NCBI GenBank assembly: GCA_963806225.1
Contig: CAWDXG010000004.1
Span: 64,001-128,000, forward strand
Length of the DNA: 64,000 nt
Direction: 5' to 3'
From: an uncultured delta proteobacterium
Lineage (GTDB): Bacteria > Myxococcota_A > Polyangia > Polyangiales > Polyangiaceae
Shown: piece by piece, positions 11,569-21,336 of the stretch
Layout of the letters: each line of letters begins with the position of its first letter
Numbering within the stretch: the stretch's first letter is position 1
Notes under the pieces: generated by a model
What the model was told of the DNA's origin: nothing
The model's input: the letters and a program-made list of their open reading frames with translations, nothing else
The model's database searches: none
Program-made: the position numbers and the translations under genes

Positions 11569-12578
11569 GACTTCTTTTCTGCGTGACCGCCGAATTCGCT
11601 ACGCATTGCGGACAGGACCTTGTTGGCGAACTCCGCGTTGCCGCGGGAGCCGAAACGCTCCGTCAGCGCGATGCTCAGCACCGGCGCGGGCACGCCCTCG
11701 TCGATCGCGGCGTGGAGCGTCCAGCGTCCCTCGCCCGAGTCCGACACGCGGCCGGAGAAGGCGGACAAGTCCTTGTCGTCGAGCAGCGCGTGGGCAGTCA
11801 GGTCGAGCAGCCAGGACTGGATGACGCTGCCGCGACGCCACACCTCGGCGACTGCACCGAGATCGAGGTCGTACTGGTAGTAGCCCGGGTCGCGCATCGG
11901 TGCCGTCTCCGCGTCCGTGTCGTGCTTCCGCTTGCCGGCATTGGCGTTCTTCAGCACGTTCAGACCCTCGGCGTAGGCCGCCATCAGGCCGTACTCGATG
12001 CCGTTGTGCACCATCTTGACGAAGTGACCGGCGCCGGCGGCGCCGCAGTGCAGGTAGCCCTTCTCGGCGGGTGTGGGCGTGCCGCTCCGCCCCTCGGTGC
12101 GCGGGGCGCCTTCAACGCCAGGCGCTAGCGCCTCGAAGATCGGATCGAGGCGTTTCACGGCCTCGTCCGGACCGCCGATCATCTGGCAGTAGCCGCGCTC
12201 GAGGCCCCACACGCCACCGGAGACGCCGACGTTGACAGAGTGGATGCCGCGCTCGGCAAGCTTGCGCGCGCGATCGACGTCGTCGCGATAGTACGAGTTG
12301 CCGCCGTCGATCAGCGTGTCGCCCTTGTCCAGGTGCGCCGCGACCTTCTCGGCGGTTTCCGTCACGAACGCCGCCGGGACCATCAGCCACACGGCGCGCG
12401 GTGCGCTCAGCTTCGACGCCATGTCCTCGAGCGAATCTGCGGCCACGGCTCCCTCCTTGGCGAGGGCCTTCACCGCGTCGGGCGACACATCGAAGACGAC
12501 GCACTCGTGCCCCGCCTTCATCAGCCGCCGCACCATATTGGCGCCCATCCTTCCCAGTCCGACCATACCGATGCGCAT
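11565..12578 (-). CDS. gnd: Decarboxylating 6-phosphogluconate dehydrogenase (short YqeC type)
   Basis: [52 protein letters not shown]. Overlaps the zwf start. Confidence 0.95.
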   Translation of the reverse strand: MRIGMVGLGRMGANMVRRLMKAGHECVVFDVSPDAVKALAKEGAVAADSLEDMASKLSAPRAVWLMVPAAFVTETAEKVAAHLDKGDTLIDGGNSYYRDDVDRARKLAERGIHSVNVGVSGGVWGLERGYCQMIGGPDEAVKRLDPIFEALAPGVEGAPRTEGRSGTPTPAEKGYLHCGAAGAGHFVKMVHNGIEYGLMAAYAEGLNVLKNANAGKRKHDTDAETAPMRDPGYYQYDLDLGAVAEVWRRGSVIQSWLLDLTAHALLDDKDLSAFSGRVSDSGEGRWTLHAAIDEGVPAPVLSIALTERFGSRGNAEFANKVLSAMRSEFGGHAEKKS

Positions 12579-12725
12579 GCGTTCGTTCCTTTCGCTTGGG
12601 TTCCCGTCGACAGTCGTCGCTTGTCGCGGCGCTCGCTGCAAGAGAGGAGCGCCGGGCGGCGGGAACGCCTGGCTTCGGAAATCCAGCTACCCGGGCCGGC
12701 CATTGGCCCCGGCCGGGCGGCCGCT

Positions 12726-13574
12726 TCAGGACGGATCGGCGCAGCAGCGGAAGCCGGTCTCGGTGCCGTTGTAGTAGCGGTCGTGGGCGGTCTGGGCGGC
12801 GCGGCAGTAGTTGCGGCTGGGCTGCCAGTAGGCGCCCTTCATCGCCGGACGCACCGGATGGGTGCCGTCGATGCTGACGAACTCCTCGAGATTTCCGGCC
12901 AGGTCGTGCACGCCGAAGGGGCTCACGCAGCGCGGGTACTCGCCCTTTCCGGCGCGCATGTCGCGGAGCTTGCCGTGGTCGTCCACCACGTCGAAGTGAT
13001 CGGCGTTGCAGGCCGTGCTGTCGCGCTTCCAGCCGTAGGGATAGGGCCGCATCTCTTCGCCTTCACACGCGAAGTTGTACTCGCTTTCCATGCAGACCCG
13101 CTTGCCGAGGCTCTTGCAGGTCTTCTCCGCCATGGTCCAGCTCTGGTGGTTTTCGGGCAGGGTCTGGCCGGGCGGCGTGTACTCGTACTTGTCCATGCAG
13201 AAGCGCAGGTGCACGCGGTGTTTTGACCGGCACCTGGCGGGCTGCTCGTACTCGGCGCAGCGGAATTCGTGGTAGCGCCCAGGCGGGTCCATCCAGTGCA
13301 GGCACTTCTGCTCGACTTCCGGGCAGTACTCGCCATCGACGAGAACCATGCCGTCGGGGCACGCCGAGGTCGCCTCGTCGGTGGGGTCGTCCAGCGACGA
13401 CGGCGCGATCGCTGCCAGCGTCTGGGGATCCCGCGGAGCGGGCGCAGGCCGAGCAGCGACAGGCGCGGGGGCAGCGCTGGGCTGGGCAGCCGGGGTGGGT
13501 TCGGGTCGCTGGTTGCACGAAGCGAGCACGAACGCTCCCACGGCCGCGACGACGGCAGCATGGACGAGGCGCAC
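12726..13574 (-). CDS. FGE-sulfatase (SUMF1-like) domain lipoprotein
   Basis: Lipobox LASC, then CPDGMVLVDG, FCMDKYE, PYPYG, SPFGVHDLAGNLEE and GFRCCAD. Confidence 0.9.
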   Translation of the reverse strand: MRLVHAAVVAAVGAFVLASCNQRPEPTPAAQPSAAPAPVAARPAPAPRDPQTLAAIAPSSLDDPTDEATSACPDGMVLVDGEYCPEVEQKCLHWMDPPGRYHEFRCAEYEQPARCRSKHRVHLRFCMDKYEYTPPGQTLPENHQSWTMAEKTCKSLGKRVCMESEYNFACEGEEMRPYPYGWKRDSTACNADHFDVVDDHGKLRDMRAGKGEYPRCVSPFGVHDLAGNLEEFVSIDGTHPVRPAMKGAYWQPSRNYCRAAQTAHDRYYNGTETGFRCCADPS

Positions 13575-13788
13575 GAGGCCCGACTTTTCGGCGGGCGGGC
13601 GGTTCCGTCAAGCCGTCCGGCCATTTTCCAGCCGCAGGGCGATTTTCGGCGGCGCTCCCCGTGTCGCCCAATCGGTGTTTCTTTCTGAAAAGTCAGCTAT
13701 TTGCGGGCTGCCCTGGATTTGGAGCTCGAGCTCCCGCGGCGGCCGGGCCGGATGCTCGGTCTTCCGGTCGGACGCTGCGCTCCCCGGC

Positions 13789-14694
13789 CTAGCCGGTCGC
13801 GCCGCGGTCGTCGCCGGGCGCGTCGGCGCAGCAGCGCGCGCCGACCTGGATGTCGTTGTAGTAGTCGTCGTGTGCCGTGGTCGCGGGACGGCAGCGGTTG
13901 CGTCCAGCCATCCACCAGCCGCCCTTCAGCCCGTTGCGGAAGGGCGTTGCGAAGCGCGCTTCCTCCCTCAGCACGGGCTCGTCGAGATTGCCCACCATGT
14001 CGTAGACGCCGAAGGGGCTCACGCAGCGGGGGTTCGCATCGGCGGGCTTGCGCAGGTCGCGTAGCACGCGGCGCCGCGGATTGGGCTTGTACAGGTCGGA
14101 CTGATCCTGGTTGCACACCGGCTCGCGCTTCCAGCCGTACGGATAGGGCCGCATCTGTTCGCCTTCACAGGCGAAGTTCCACTCTCCCTCGGTGCAGACG
14201 CGCTTTTTGAGCTTCTTGCAGAGCCGGCTCACGGTCACGAAGCTCTGGTAGTTCGCGGGGAGCTGCTCGCCAGGGCGCGTGTACTCGTAGCGGTCGATAC
14301 AGAAGTGCATACGGACGCGGCGGCCGACGCAGCGCGCGGGCCTTTCGTACTCGGCGCAGCGCGCGAAGGGCAGCTTCCTGTCATCCAGCCAGTGCTTGCA
14401 GGTCTGCTTCACCTCGGTGCAGTAGTCGCCTTCCACCAGGACCATGTCCGGAGGGCATGCCTGGGCGGGTTTGGCCGGTCTGCGGGCGGACGGCGGGATG
14501 GGCGCGAGAGGCTCTTCGGCGGTGATCGCCGTTTCCGTCAACTGCACCGGCGCGGCCGGCGGGGACCACGCGGGAACCGGCGTCAGCCGGCGCGCGGGCG
14601 TTCCACTGGGTGGCAGGGGGCCCGCGTTGGCTCCTGCGGCGATCCGCAGCAGAAATGCGGCGATCAACACTGCAAGAGGCCGTCGGGGGGACAT
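13789..14694 (-). CDS. FGE-sulfatase (SUMF1-like) domain exported protein, paralog of its neighbour
   Basis: CPPDMVLVEG, FCIDRYEY, EWNFAC, SPFGVYDMVGNLDE, GARCCAD. Start taken at MSPRRPLAV. Confidence 0.88.
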   Translation of the reverse strand: MSPRRPLAVLIAAFLLRIAAGANAGPLPPSGTPARRLTPVPAWSPPAAPVQLTETAITAEEPLAPIPPSARRPAKPAQACPPDMVLVEGDYCTEVKQTCKHWLDDRKLPFARCAEYERPARCVGRRVRMHFCIDRYEYTRPGEQLPANYQSFVTVSRLCKKLKKRVCTEGEWNFACEGEQMRPYPYGWKREPVCNQDQSDLYKPNPRRRVLRDLRKPADANPRCVSPFGVYDMVGNLDEPVLREEARFATPFRNGLKGGWWMAGRNRCRPATTAHDDYYNDIQVGARCCADAPGDDRGATG

Positions 14695-14823
14695 TCTACG
14701 CGTAGCTACATGATGAGGCTTGCAGCGCGCTCCGGCAAACTCCGGACAGGTCGAGCTGAGCCCGCCCGGCATCCGACGGCGGCCCCGCTCTCCGCCGCCG
14801 ATGGCACGTTGCGTCATCGCCCC

Positions 14824-15717
14824 TCAGGGCGCGCTGCCGGCGTCGCCGAGGAAAGGAACGAAGCGCACGGGCAGCGAGCGGTGGTGGCGGAGCGCGCCGC
14901 GACCGCTGCCCGCCTTGACGCGTGTCCAGATTTCCAGCCACTGGACACCCATGTCCGGGCCCACGGGAATCACCAGCCGGCCCCCGATAGCGAGCTGATC
15001 GAGCAACGGCTGGGGAACGCGCTCGGGCGCTGCCGTGACGATGATCGCGTCGAACGGCGCCGCTTCGGGCCAGCCGCGATAGCCGTCTCCTACCCTGAGC
15101 GCGACGCGCTCCGGACTGTAGCCGAGCGCGCGCAGGTTCCGCTCGCCGAAGCGCGCTACGGCAGGCAGATACTCGATGCTGTAGGTGCGGGCGCACAGCT
15201 CCGCCAGGACAGCTGCCTGGTAGCCGCTGCCGGTGCCGATCTCGAGACAGCGATCGGTCGGCCGGGGAGAGACCGCTTCCGTCATGAAGGCGACGATGAA
15301 GGGTTGGCTGATGGTCTGTTGATGACCGATCGGGAGCGGAGCGTCGTCGTAGGCTTCCTCGGCGTACGCCCGGGGCACGAAGGCGTGGCGGGGCACCCTG
15401 CGGAGCGCCGTGAGGACGCGCTTTTCGTGGACTCCATGCCTGGCGATCTCGTCGACCAGATGCGCGCGCTCCTCGACGCGCTCGTTGAACGCCGGCGCGC
15501 GGTGCGGGGGCAGCGCCAGCGTGCTCGACGCCGGATGGCTAGCCTCGAAGAGCGCCGGCTGGCTGCGCTCCTGATCGGCGCTCTTCGGACATCCACCGAC
15601 GAGCAGCGCCAACAGCGCCCCCAGGACGTTCCGCCACGAGTCGCACGCCCGATCCGACGCTCCGCGCATGTCCCCCCCCCTGCTTCGACCGCGAGCCCCC
15701 GGATGGGCCCGTGTCAA
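14824..15717 (-). CDS. pcm: Protein-L-isoaspartate O-methyltransferase with an N-terminal lipoprotein-like extension
   Basis: VPRHAFV, LPIGHQQTISQP, LEIGTGSGYQAA, GDGYRGWPEAAPFDAIIVTAA, VRFVP. Confidence 0.93.
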   Translation of the reverse strand: MTRAHPGARGRSRGGDMRGASDRACDSWRNVLGALLALLVGGCPKSADQERSQPALFEASHPASSTLALPPHRAPAFNERVEERAHLVDEIARHGVHEKRVLTALRRVPRHAFVPRAYAEEAYDDAPLPIGHQQTISQPFIVAFMTEAVSPRPTDRCLEIGTGSGYQAAVLAELCARTYSIEYLPAVARFGERNLRALGYSPERVALRVGDGYRGWPEAAPFDAIIVTAAPERVPQPLLDQLAIGGRLVIPVGPDMGVQWLEIWTRVKAGSGRGALRHHRSLPVRFVPFLGDAGSAP

Positions 15718-17069
15718 ACCTGGGAGCTCTCTGCCCCTCCCGCAAGAGCCAGCTCGAAGCGGGCGTCGTCGCTGAGCGTGGAAAGATCGGCATCCGTGCG
15801 TGCGCGTGCGGGCTCGCTGTGCCCCGCACGCACCGCGTCTTCCAGCGCGCCTAGCGCCTCGTCCCTGAGCCTGGCCCGGGCGTAGCCGCGCGCGGCGTCG
15901 TAGGCATCGCGCGGCGCTTGTGTGCGTTCGAACAGGGTGTGGAGCAGGCGGCCTGCCGCTTCCGCCGCGCCGGCCTCGAAGGCTTCGGCTGCAACGCGCC
16001 GGGTGTCCTCGTCCGGCGTGTCCTCGAGGATCTCGCTGGTCAGCCGGGCTGCGTCCTCGTGGCGCCCCGTCCGGAGCAGGACGCGCACTAGCAGCCCTGC
16101 CAGCTCAGGTCGCAGATCGCCGCTGTGCCGCGCGGACAATAGCACTGCGCACGCCCGGTCCAGGTCTCCGTCCAGCTCGTGGATGGCGCCCTCCAGATAG
16201 GGATCGATGCGCCCGCCGGGGGGCACGTTGCGCAGCACGTCGCGCGCCGCGGCGGCGTCGCCGCCCATCACTGTCGCCCAGCCGCTGAGCTCCAGGGCGA
16301 GCCGCCGCTGTTCGGGATCGCCCGAAGCATCGAACACCGCCTTGGACATCGCGGCCGCCGAGGCATGGTCGCCCGCATCCATGGCTTCCTGCGCGCGGAC
16401 CAGCACCTGCGAGAGCAGCTCCGGCGGCGCCGGACCCTGGTAGCGGGAACGATTCCGTTCCGCCATGAAGCTGGACACGCCGCCGAGCGCGAAGATCAGC
16501 GCGGCGTAGGTCCAGCCCATCTTGTAGAACCCGGCCGCCAGGGCCAGGCCGAACACGAGCGAGAGCGTGGCAGCGACCCGCCGCCGCCGGGGACCCAGCG
16601 CCTGCGCCAGGATCTGGCCTCCGTCGAACGGCAGCACGGGAAGGAGGTTGATCGCGCTCCACAGCAGGTTGGCCCAGATCAGGAGCTCGAGCGCCAGGGC
16701 CAGCATCGATCCGGTCGGCACGGCAGAGCCCGCGCCCAGCTTGACGCCGAGCGCGACCAGACCGAGCGCGAAGCCGGCGAAGGGACCCGCCAGCGTCACC
16801 AGAATGCTGCGCTGCCGCCCGATGTCGTGTGTGGGAGTCCAGCTGGTCAGGCCGCCCATCATGTGCAGCGTGATAGCCGGCGACTGGCCGTACAGCCGCG
16901 CCGTGGACGCATGCCCGAGCTCGTGCACGAGGATCGACACCAGCACCACGCCGAGCCAGATCATCATGGCCACCGGCTTCTGCGCGAAGGATAGCCCGAG
17001 CAACACCGCCAGCACCCAGAACCCGGGCTGGATGCGCACGGGAAAACCGAAAAGCCGGAATCTCAGCAT
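15714..17069 (-). CDS. Site-2 (M50) intramembrane metalloprotease with C-terminal TPR-like repeats
   Basis: HELGH, AGP and NLLPVLPFDGG motifs in a multi-TM domain, followed by a helical Ala-rich C-terminus. Confidence 0.9.
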   Translation of the reverse strand: MLRFRLFGFPVRIQPGFWVLAVLLGLSFAQKPVAMMIWLGVVLVSILVHELGHASTARLYGQSPAITLHMMGGLTSWTPTHDIGRQRSILVTLAGPFAGFALGLVALGVKLGAGSAVPTGSMLALALELLIWANLLWSAINLLPVLPFDGGQILAQALGPRRRRVAATLSLVFGLALAAGFYKMGWTYAALIFALGGVSSFMAERNRSRYQGPAPPELLSQVLVRAQEAMDAGDHASAAAMSKAVFDASGDPEQRRLALELSGWATVMGGDAAAARDVLRNVPPGGRIDPYLEGAIHELDGDLDRACAVLLSARHSGDLRPELAGLLVRVLLRTGRHEDAARLTSEILEDTPDEDTRRVAAEAFEAGAAEAAGRLLHTLFERTQAPRDAYDAARGYARARLRDEALGALEDAVRAGHSEPARARTDADLSTLSDDARFELALAGGAESSQV

Positions 17070-17072
17070 CGC

Positions 17073-19369
17073 CTACGAAAACGGGTCTAGCACGGGGCGG
17101 AAGGCTACGCAGATCTGCCGCGCCGGCGCGACGTTCCGCCGGGGCTTCTTCTTCTCTGCGCGGCGAGGCGGCGGCAGCCCCTTCCATAGCCGGGCAAGGA
17201 CCTCGAGCTGCTCGAGCAGCGCCGTGTTCGATTCCACCCAGTACGTTGCCTGTGCGTTGCGGCTACCGACCCAGCACGTGACGGCGCGCGCCCTCCATCC
17301 AGTGGGGATGGCCTCCATCATCTCCTCGTCGGTGCGGTCGTCGCCGGCGCAGAACAGGAAGTCCGAGCGCGCGTGCCGCTTCAGCAGAGCCTGCACCGCC
17401 TGGCCCTTGGTGATGCGTTCGTGGCGGACCTCGATGACGCGCGAGCCCCGGAGCACGTTGTAGGGCCGACGTTTGAGCGTGTCCTCCAGGAGCGAGAGCA
17501 GCTCGTTGGCCTGGAAGGTGCCGAACTCGGGATCGACGCCGCGGTAGTGCCAGGCGATGGCCGCGTCCTTGTACTCGATCGCGCTGCCCGGAGTGCGCCG
17601 CGTGAAGTCCTGGAACAGCGGCTCCACCAGCCGGCGGATCGCCGCCCCGCTGACCTTGGCGCGGCGCTCCCAGTCGCCGCCCGGCGTCTTGATGGCCAGG
17701 CCGTGCTCGCTGACCAACCCGATGTCGAGCTCACCCAGCCACTCCTCGAGCACAGCCTTGCTGCGCCCGCTGATGACGTACACCGCGGCGGTTTCCGCCA
17801 GCGAGGACAGCGCGCCGAGGATGCGCGCATCCGGCACCGCCTCGCGGGGGTCGAGCACGTAGGAGCGCAGCGTGCCGTCGTAGTCGAGCAGCACCAGAGG
17901 GCGCCGGCTCTTCTTCACCTTGTCGACGAGCGGCGGCTTGCCGACATCGAGCAGCTCCGCAGCTCGGCCGCACGTCACCAGCGGTGGCTTCCAGCCGGTC
18001 GAGGAAGCGATTCGCCCATACCATGGACGTGTTCTCGTTGACGAAGGCAAGCATGTGCCGGAACGCCTCGGCGTCGGGCCGGTCCTGCTCCAGGCTCTCG
18101 GCGAGGGCGCCCGCGACCTCGTCGATGCTGTACGGGCTCACCAGCCGTGCGCCGGGCAGACAGTGCGCGGCTCCGGCGAATTCGCTGAGGATCAGCGTGC
18201 CGCCGCGCTCGGCGCGCGCCGCGACGTATTCCAGCGCCACCAGGTTCATCCCGTCGCGCACAGGCGTAACCAGCGCGATGTCGGCGGCCTGGTACAGTCC
18301 AACGAGGCGCGCGCGCGACATGGCCTGGTTGACGTAGACGACCGGCATCGTGCTCGACGAGCCGTAGCGGCCGTTGATGCGGCCGACCAGCTCGTCCACG
18401 TCGCGCTTGAGCCGCTGGTACTCCGCCACGTCGGTGCGCGACGGCGCCGCAATCTGGATCAGCACCACCCGCTGGCGCCACTTCGGATGCGTCTTGCAGC
18501 AGCTGCTCGAAGGCGAGCAGCTTGGCCGGGATGCCCTTGGTGTAGTCGAGGCGATCGACGCCTACGATGATCTTCTTGCCGGCGTACGTGCTCTGCAGGC
18601 TAGCGAGCTCCTGGCGCGCCTCGCGGCTCTCGGCCATCTCGTGGATCTCGGCGGGATCGATCCCGATCGGGAGCACGCCGAGCTGGACCTTGCGTGAGCT
18701 CATGCGGATGGCCATCGGCTCCGACTCGAGCCCGAGCACGCGCAGCGCGGCGTTGCGGAAGTGGCTGACGTACTCGTAGGCGTGGAAGCCGATCAGGTCC
18801 GCGCCCAGCATGCCACGCAGGATCTGCTCGCGGACCGGCAGCGTGCGGTAGGTCTCCGCCGACGGGAACGGGATGTGCAGGAAGAAGCCGATGGGGCAAC
18901 CGGTGCCGCGGCGCCGCACCATCTCGGGCACCAGGGCCAGCTGGTAGTCGTGCACCCAGATCACGTCGCCCGGGCGCGCCAGCCGGCAGATCTCCTCGGC
19001 GAACATCTCGTTCACCTTCTCGTAGGACTGGTAGCCGGACATACCGAAGTGCGATCGGTCCGTCAGGTTGTGGAACAGGGGCCACAGCTCGCGATTGGAG
19101 AAGCCCATGTAGAAGCCCTCGATGTCGCCCTTGCTGATGAACACGGGCACGCTGCCGTGCTGGGCCAGGACCCGCGTCACCTCGGGCCGGTCCGGCTCGC
19201 CGACGGAGGTTCCCGGCCACCCGAGCCAGGTAAAGGGCCGCCGCTCGGCAACCGCCTTGAGCGCTGTCACCAGCCCGCCGGTGCTGGTCGCCACCTCCCA
19301 CGTGTCGTGGCGGTGCGACAGCGTTACGGGCAGGCGTGCGGATGCGACAATAAGCCTGGGCTTGCTCAC
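17073..19369 (-). CDS. Bifunctional trehalose-6-phosphate synthase/phosphatase, frameshifts near 18490 and 17960
   Basis: GGLVTAL, IWVHDYQL, FFLHIPFP, GVDRLDYTKG, RDGMNLVALE and LSEFAGAA, followed by the HAD motifs LDYDGTL, SGR and AGDDRTDE. Confidence 0.93.
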
Positions 19370-19520
19370 GGCGCTGTCCCCTCACGCGGCAAAGCGTGCG
19401 TCATGGCGCCCTCTTATGTCATAAGCTCCGCCCACTGAACAACTCGGCGGTCCGGATCGGCCCCGGGCAGCCGCGCAAACGGCTCCAGGCCCCCGCGGAG
19501 CCGAACGAGGACCTATCTGA

Positions 19521-21295
19521 GTGAAGCTCGCCCTTATCGGTAACTGCGCGTACCAGGCTCTGATCGACGACCGGGGGCGGGTCGTCTGGCTGTGCTGGCC
19601 CCGCTTCGATTCCAGCTTCGTGTTCGGCGCGCTGCGTCGACGACGAGCGCGGCGGCAGCTTCACCGTGGAGCCCAAAGGCGAGCAATACGAGACGGAGCA
19701 GGCGTATCTACCGAACACCAACATCCTCAGGACGGTGTTCACGGCCGAATCGGGTTCGTTCGAGGTCGTCGATTTCGCTCCTCGCTTCAAGCAGTACGAG
19801 CGGTCCTTCAAACCGACGATGCTGATCCGCCGGCTGCGCCGTCTTTCCGGCGACCCGGTGGTCCGCATCCGGTGCCATCCTGTGTACGACTACGGGCGCG
19901 TGCAACCCTCGCCGTATCTGGCGAGCAACCACATCCAGTGGCCGATCCCGGGCGCGCAGCTGCGTCTGACGACCAACGTGCCGCTCAACTACATCGCCGA
20001 AGGGCGCGAGTTCCTGCTGGAGCGCGAGGCCTACGTGGTGCTGACATGGGGCGCGCCGCTCGAGGCGGCGCTGGCCGAGACCTGCGAGAGCTTCTTCAAC
20101 CAAACGCGCCGCTACTGGGAAACCTGGGTCAAGCACACGACGCTGCCGGGCCGCTTCCAGCCCGAGGTGCTCCGCTCCGCGCTGGCGCTGAAGCTCCACC
20201 AGTACGAGGACACCGGGGCGATCACGGCGGCGACCACTACCAGCATCCCCGAGTACCCCGGTTCCGGGCGCAACTGGGACTACCGCTTCTGCTGGCTCCG
20301 TGACTCGTATTTCACGCTGCGAGCGATGCGCCGCATCGGCCACTTCGACGAGATGGAGGCCTTCGTCTCGTTCCTGAAGAACCTGGCGGAGTCCTCTCCA
20401 GAACACCTGCAGCCGGTCTACGGCATCTCCGGCGAGCGCGAGCTGCACGAGCTCGCGCTCGATCACCTGCCGGGCTATCTCGGCAATCCGCCCGTCAGCG
20501 CCGGCAACGCCGCCTACCAGCAGATCCAGAACGACGTTTACGGCGAGATGATCGCCGCGATCGCCCCCATCTTCCTCGATATCCGCTTCGGCGAGCACCT
20601 CTCGGGCCGCTCCGATCGCCTGGTGCGGCGGCTGCTCGATCGCATCGCCGTGACGCTGGAGCTACCCGACGCGGGGATCTGGGAGATCCGCGGACGACAC
20701 GCGTGTGCACACCTTCTCGCTCCTGATGCACTGGGTGGGCGCTGTGGTTGCAGCGCGCATCGCCGAGCGACTCCGCGAGCCTGCTCTCGAGGGCCAGGCG
20801 CGCGGCCTCGCCGCTCGCACCCGCGCGCTGATAGAGGACCGCTGCTGGCGGCCGGACCGGGGCTACTACGGCGACTCGCTCGTTACCGACAACGCCGACG
20901 GCTCGCTCTTGATGATGGTCAACCTCGGCTTCCTCAGGAAGAGCCACCCCCACGCCGAGTCGCACCTCAGGCAGCTCTCGCGGCAGCTCGGTGTGAACGG
21001 TCACCTGATGCACCGCTACGTGCACCACGACGGTATCGGCGAGTCGCACGGCACGTTCACCGTGTGTGGCTACTGGCACGCCGAGGCGCTGGCTCGTCTC
21101 GGTCACCGCGACGAGGCGGAAGAGGCCATGGCGCACCTGGTCGGACACGCCAACCATGTTGGTTTGATCAGCGAAGACGTGGATCCAGAGACGGGCACCC
21201 AATGGGGCAATTTCCCGCAGACCTACTCGCACGTCGGCCTGATCAACGCCGCCTTCGCCATCAGCCCGATGCCGACCGAAGTCGGCGATCCGTGA
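19521..21295 (+). CDS. Glycoside hydrolase family 15 (trehalase/glucoamylase-like), frameshifted
   Basis: LIGNC, WLCWPRFDS, AATTTSIPE, RNWDYRFCWLRD, GIWEIR, GNFPQTYSH. Confidence 0.92.
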
Positions 21296-21336
21296 GCGCG
21301 TCGCCCTGAACCAGCCCAGGCCGTCGCCGACCGCGC

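Noticed and set aside
12726..14694. FGE/CLec-fold genes as diversity-generating retroelement targets
   Set aside because: No template repeat differing only at adenines and no DGR reverse transcriptase is visible.
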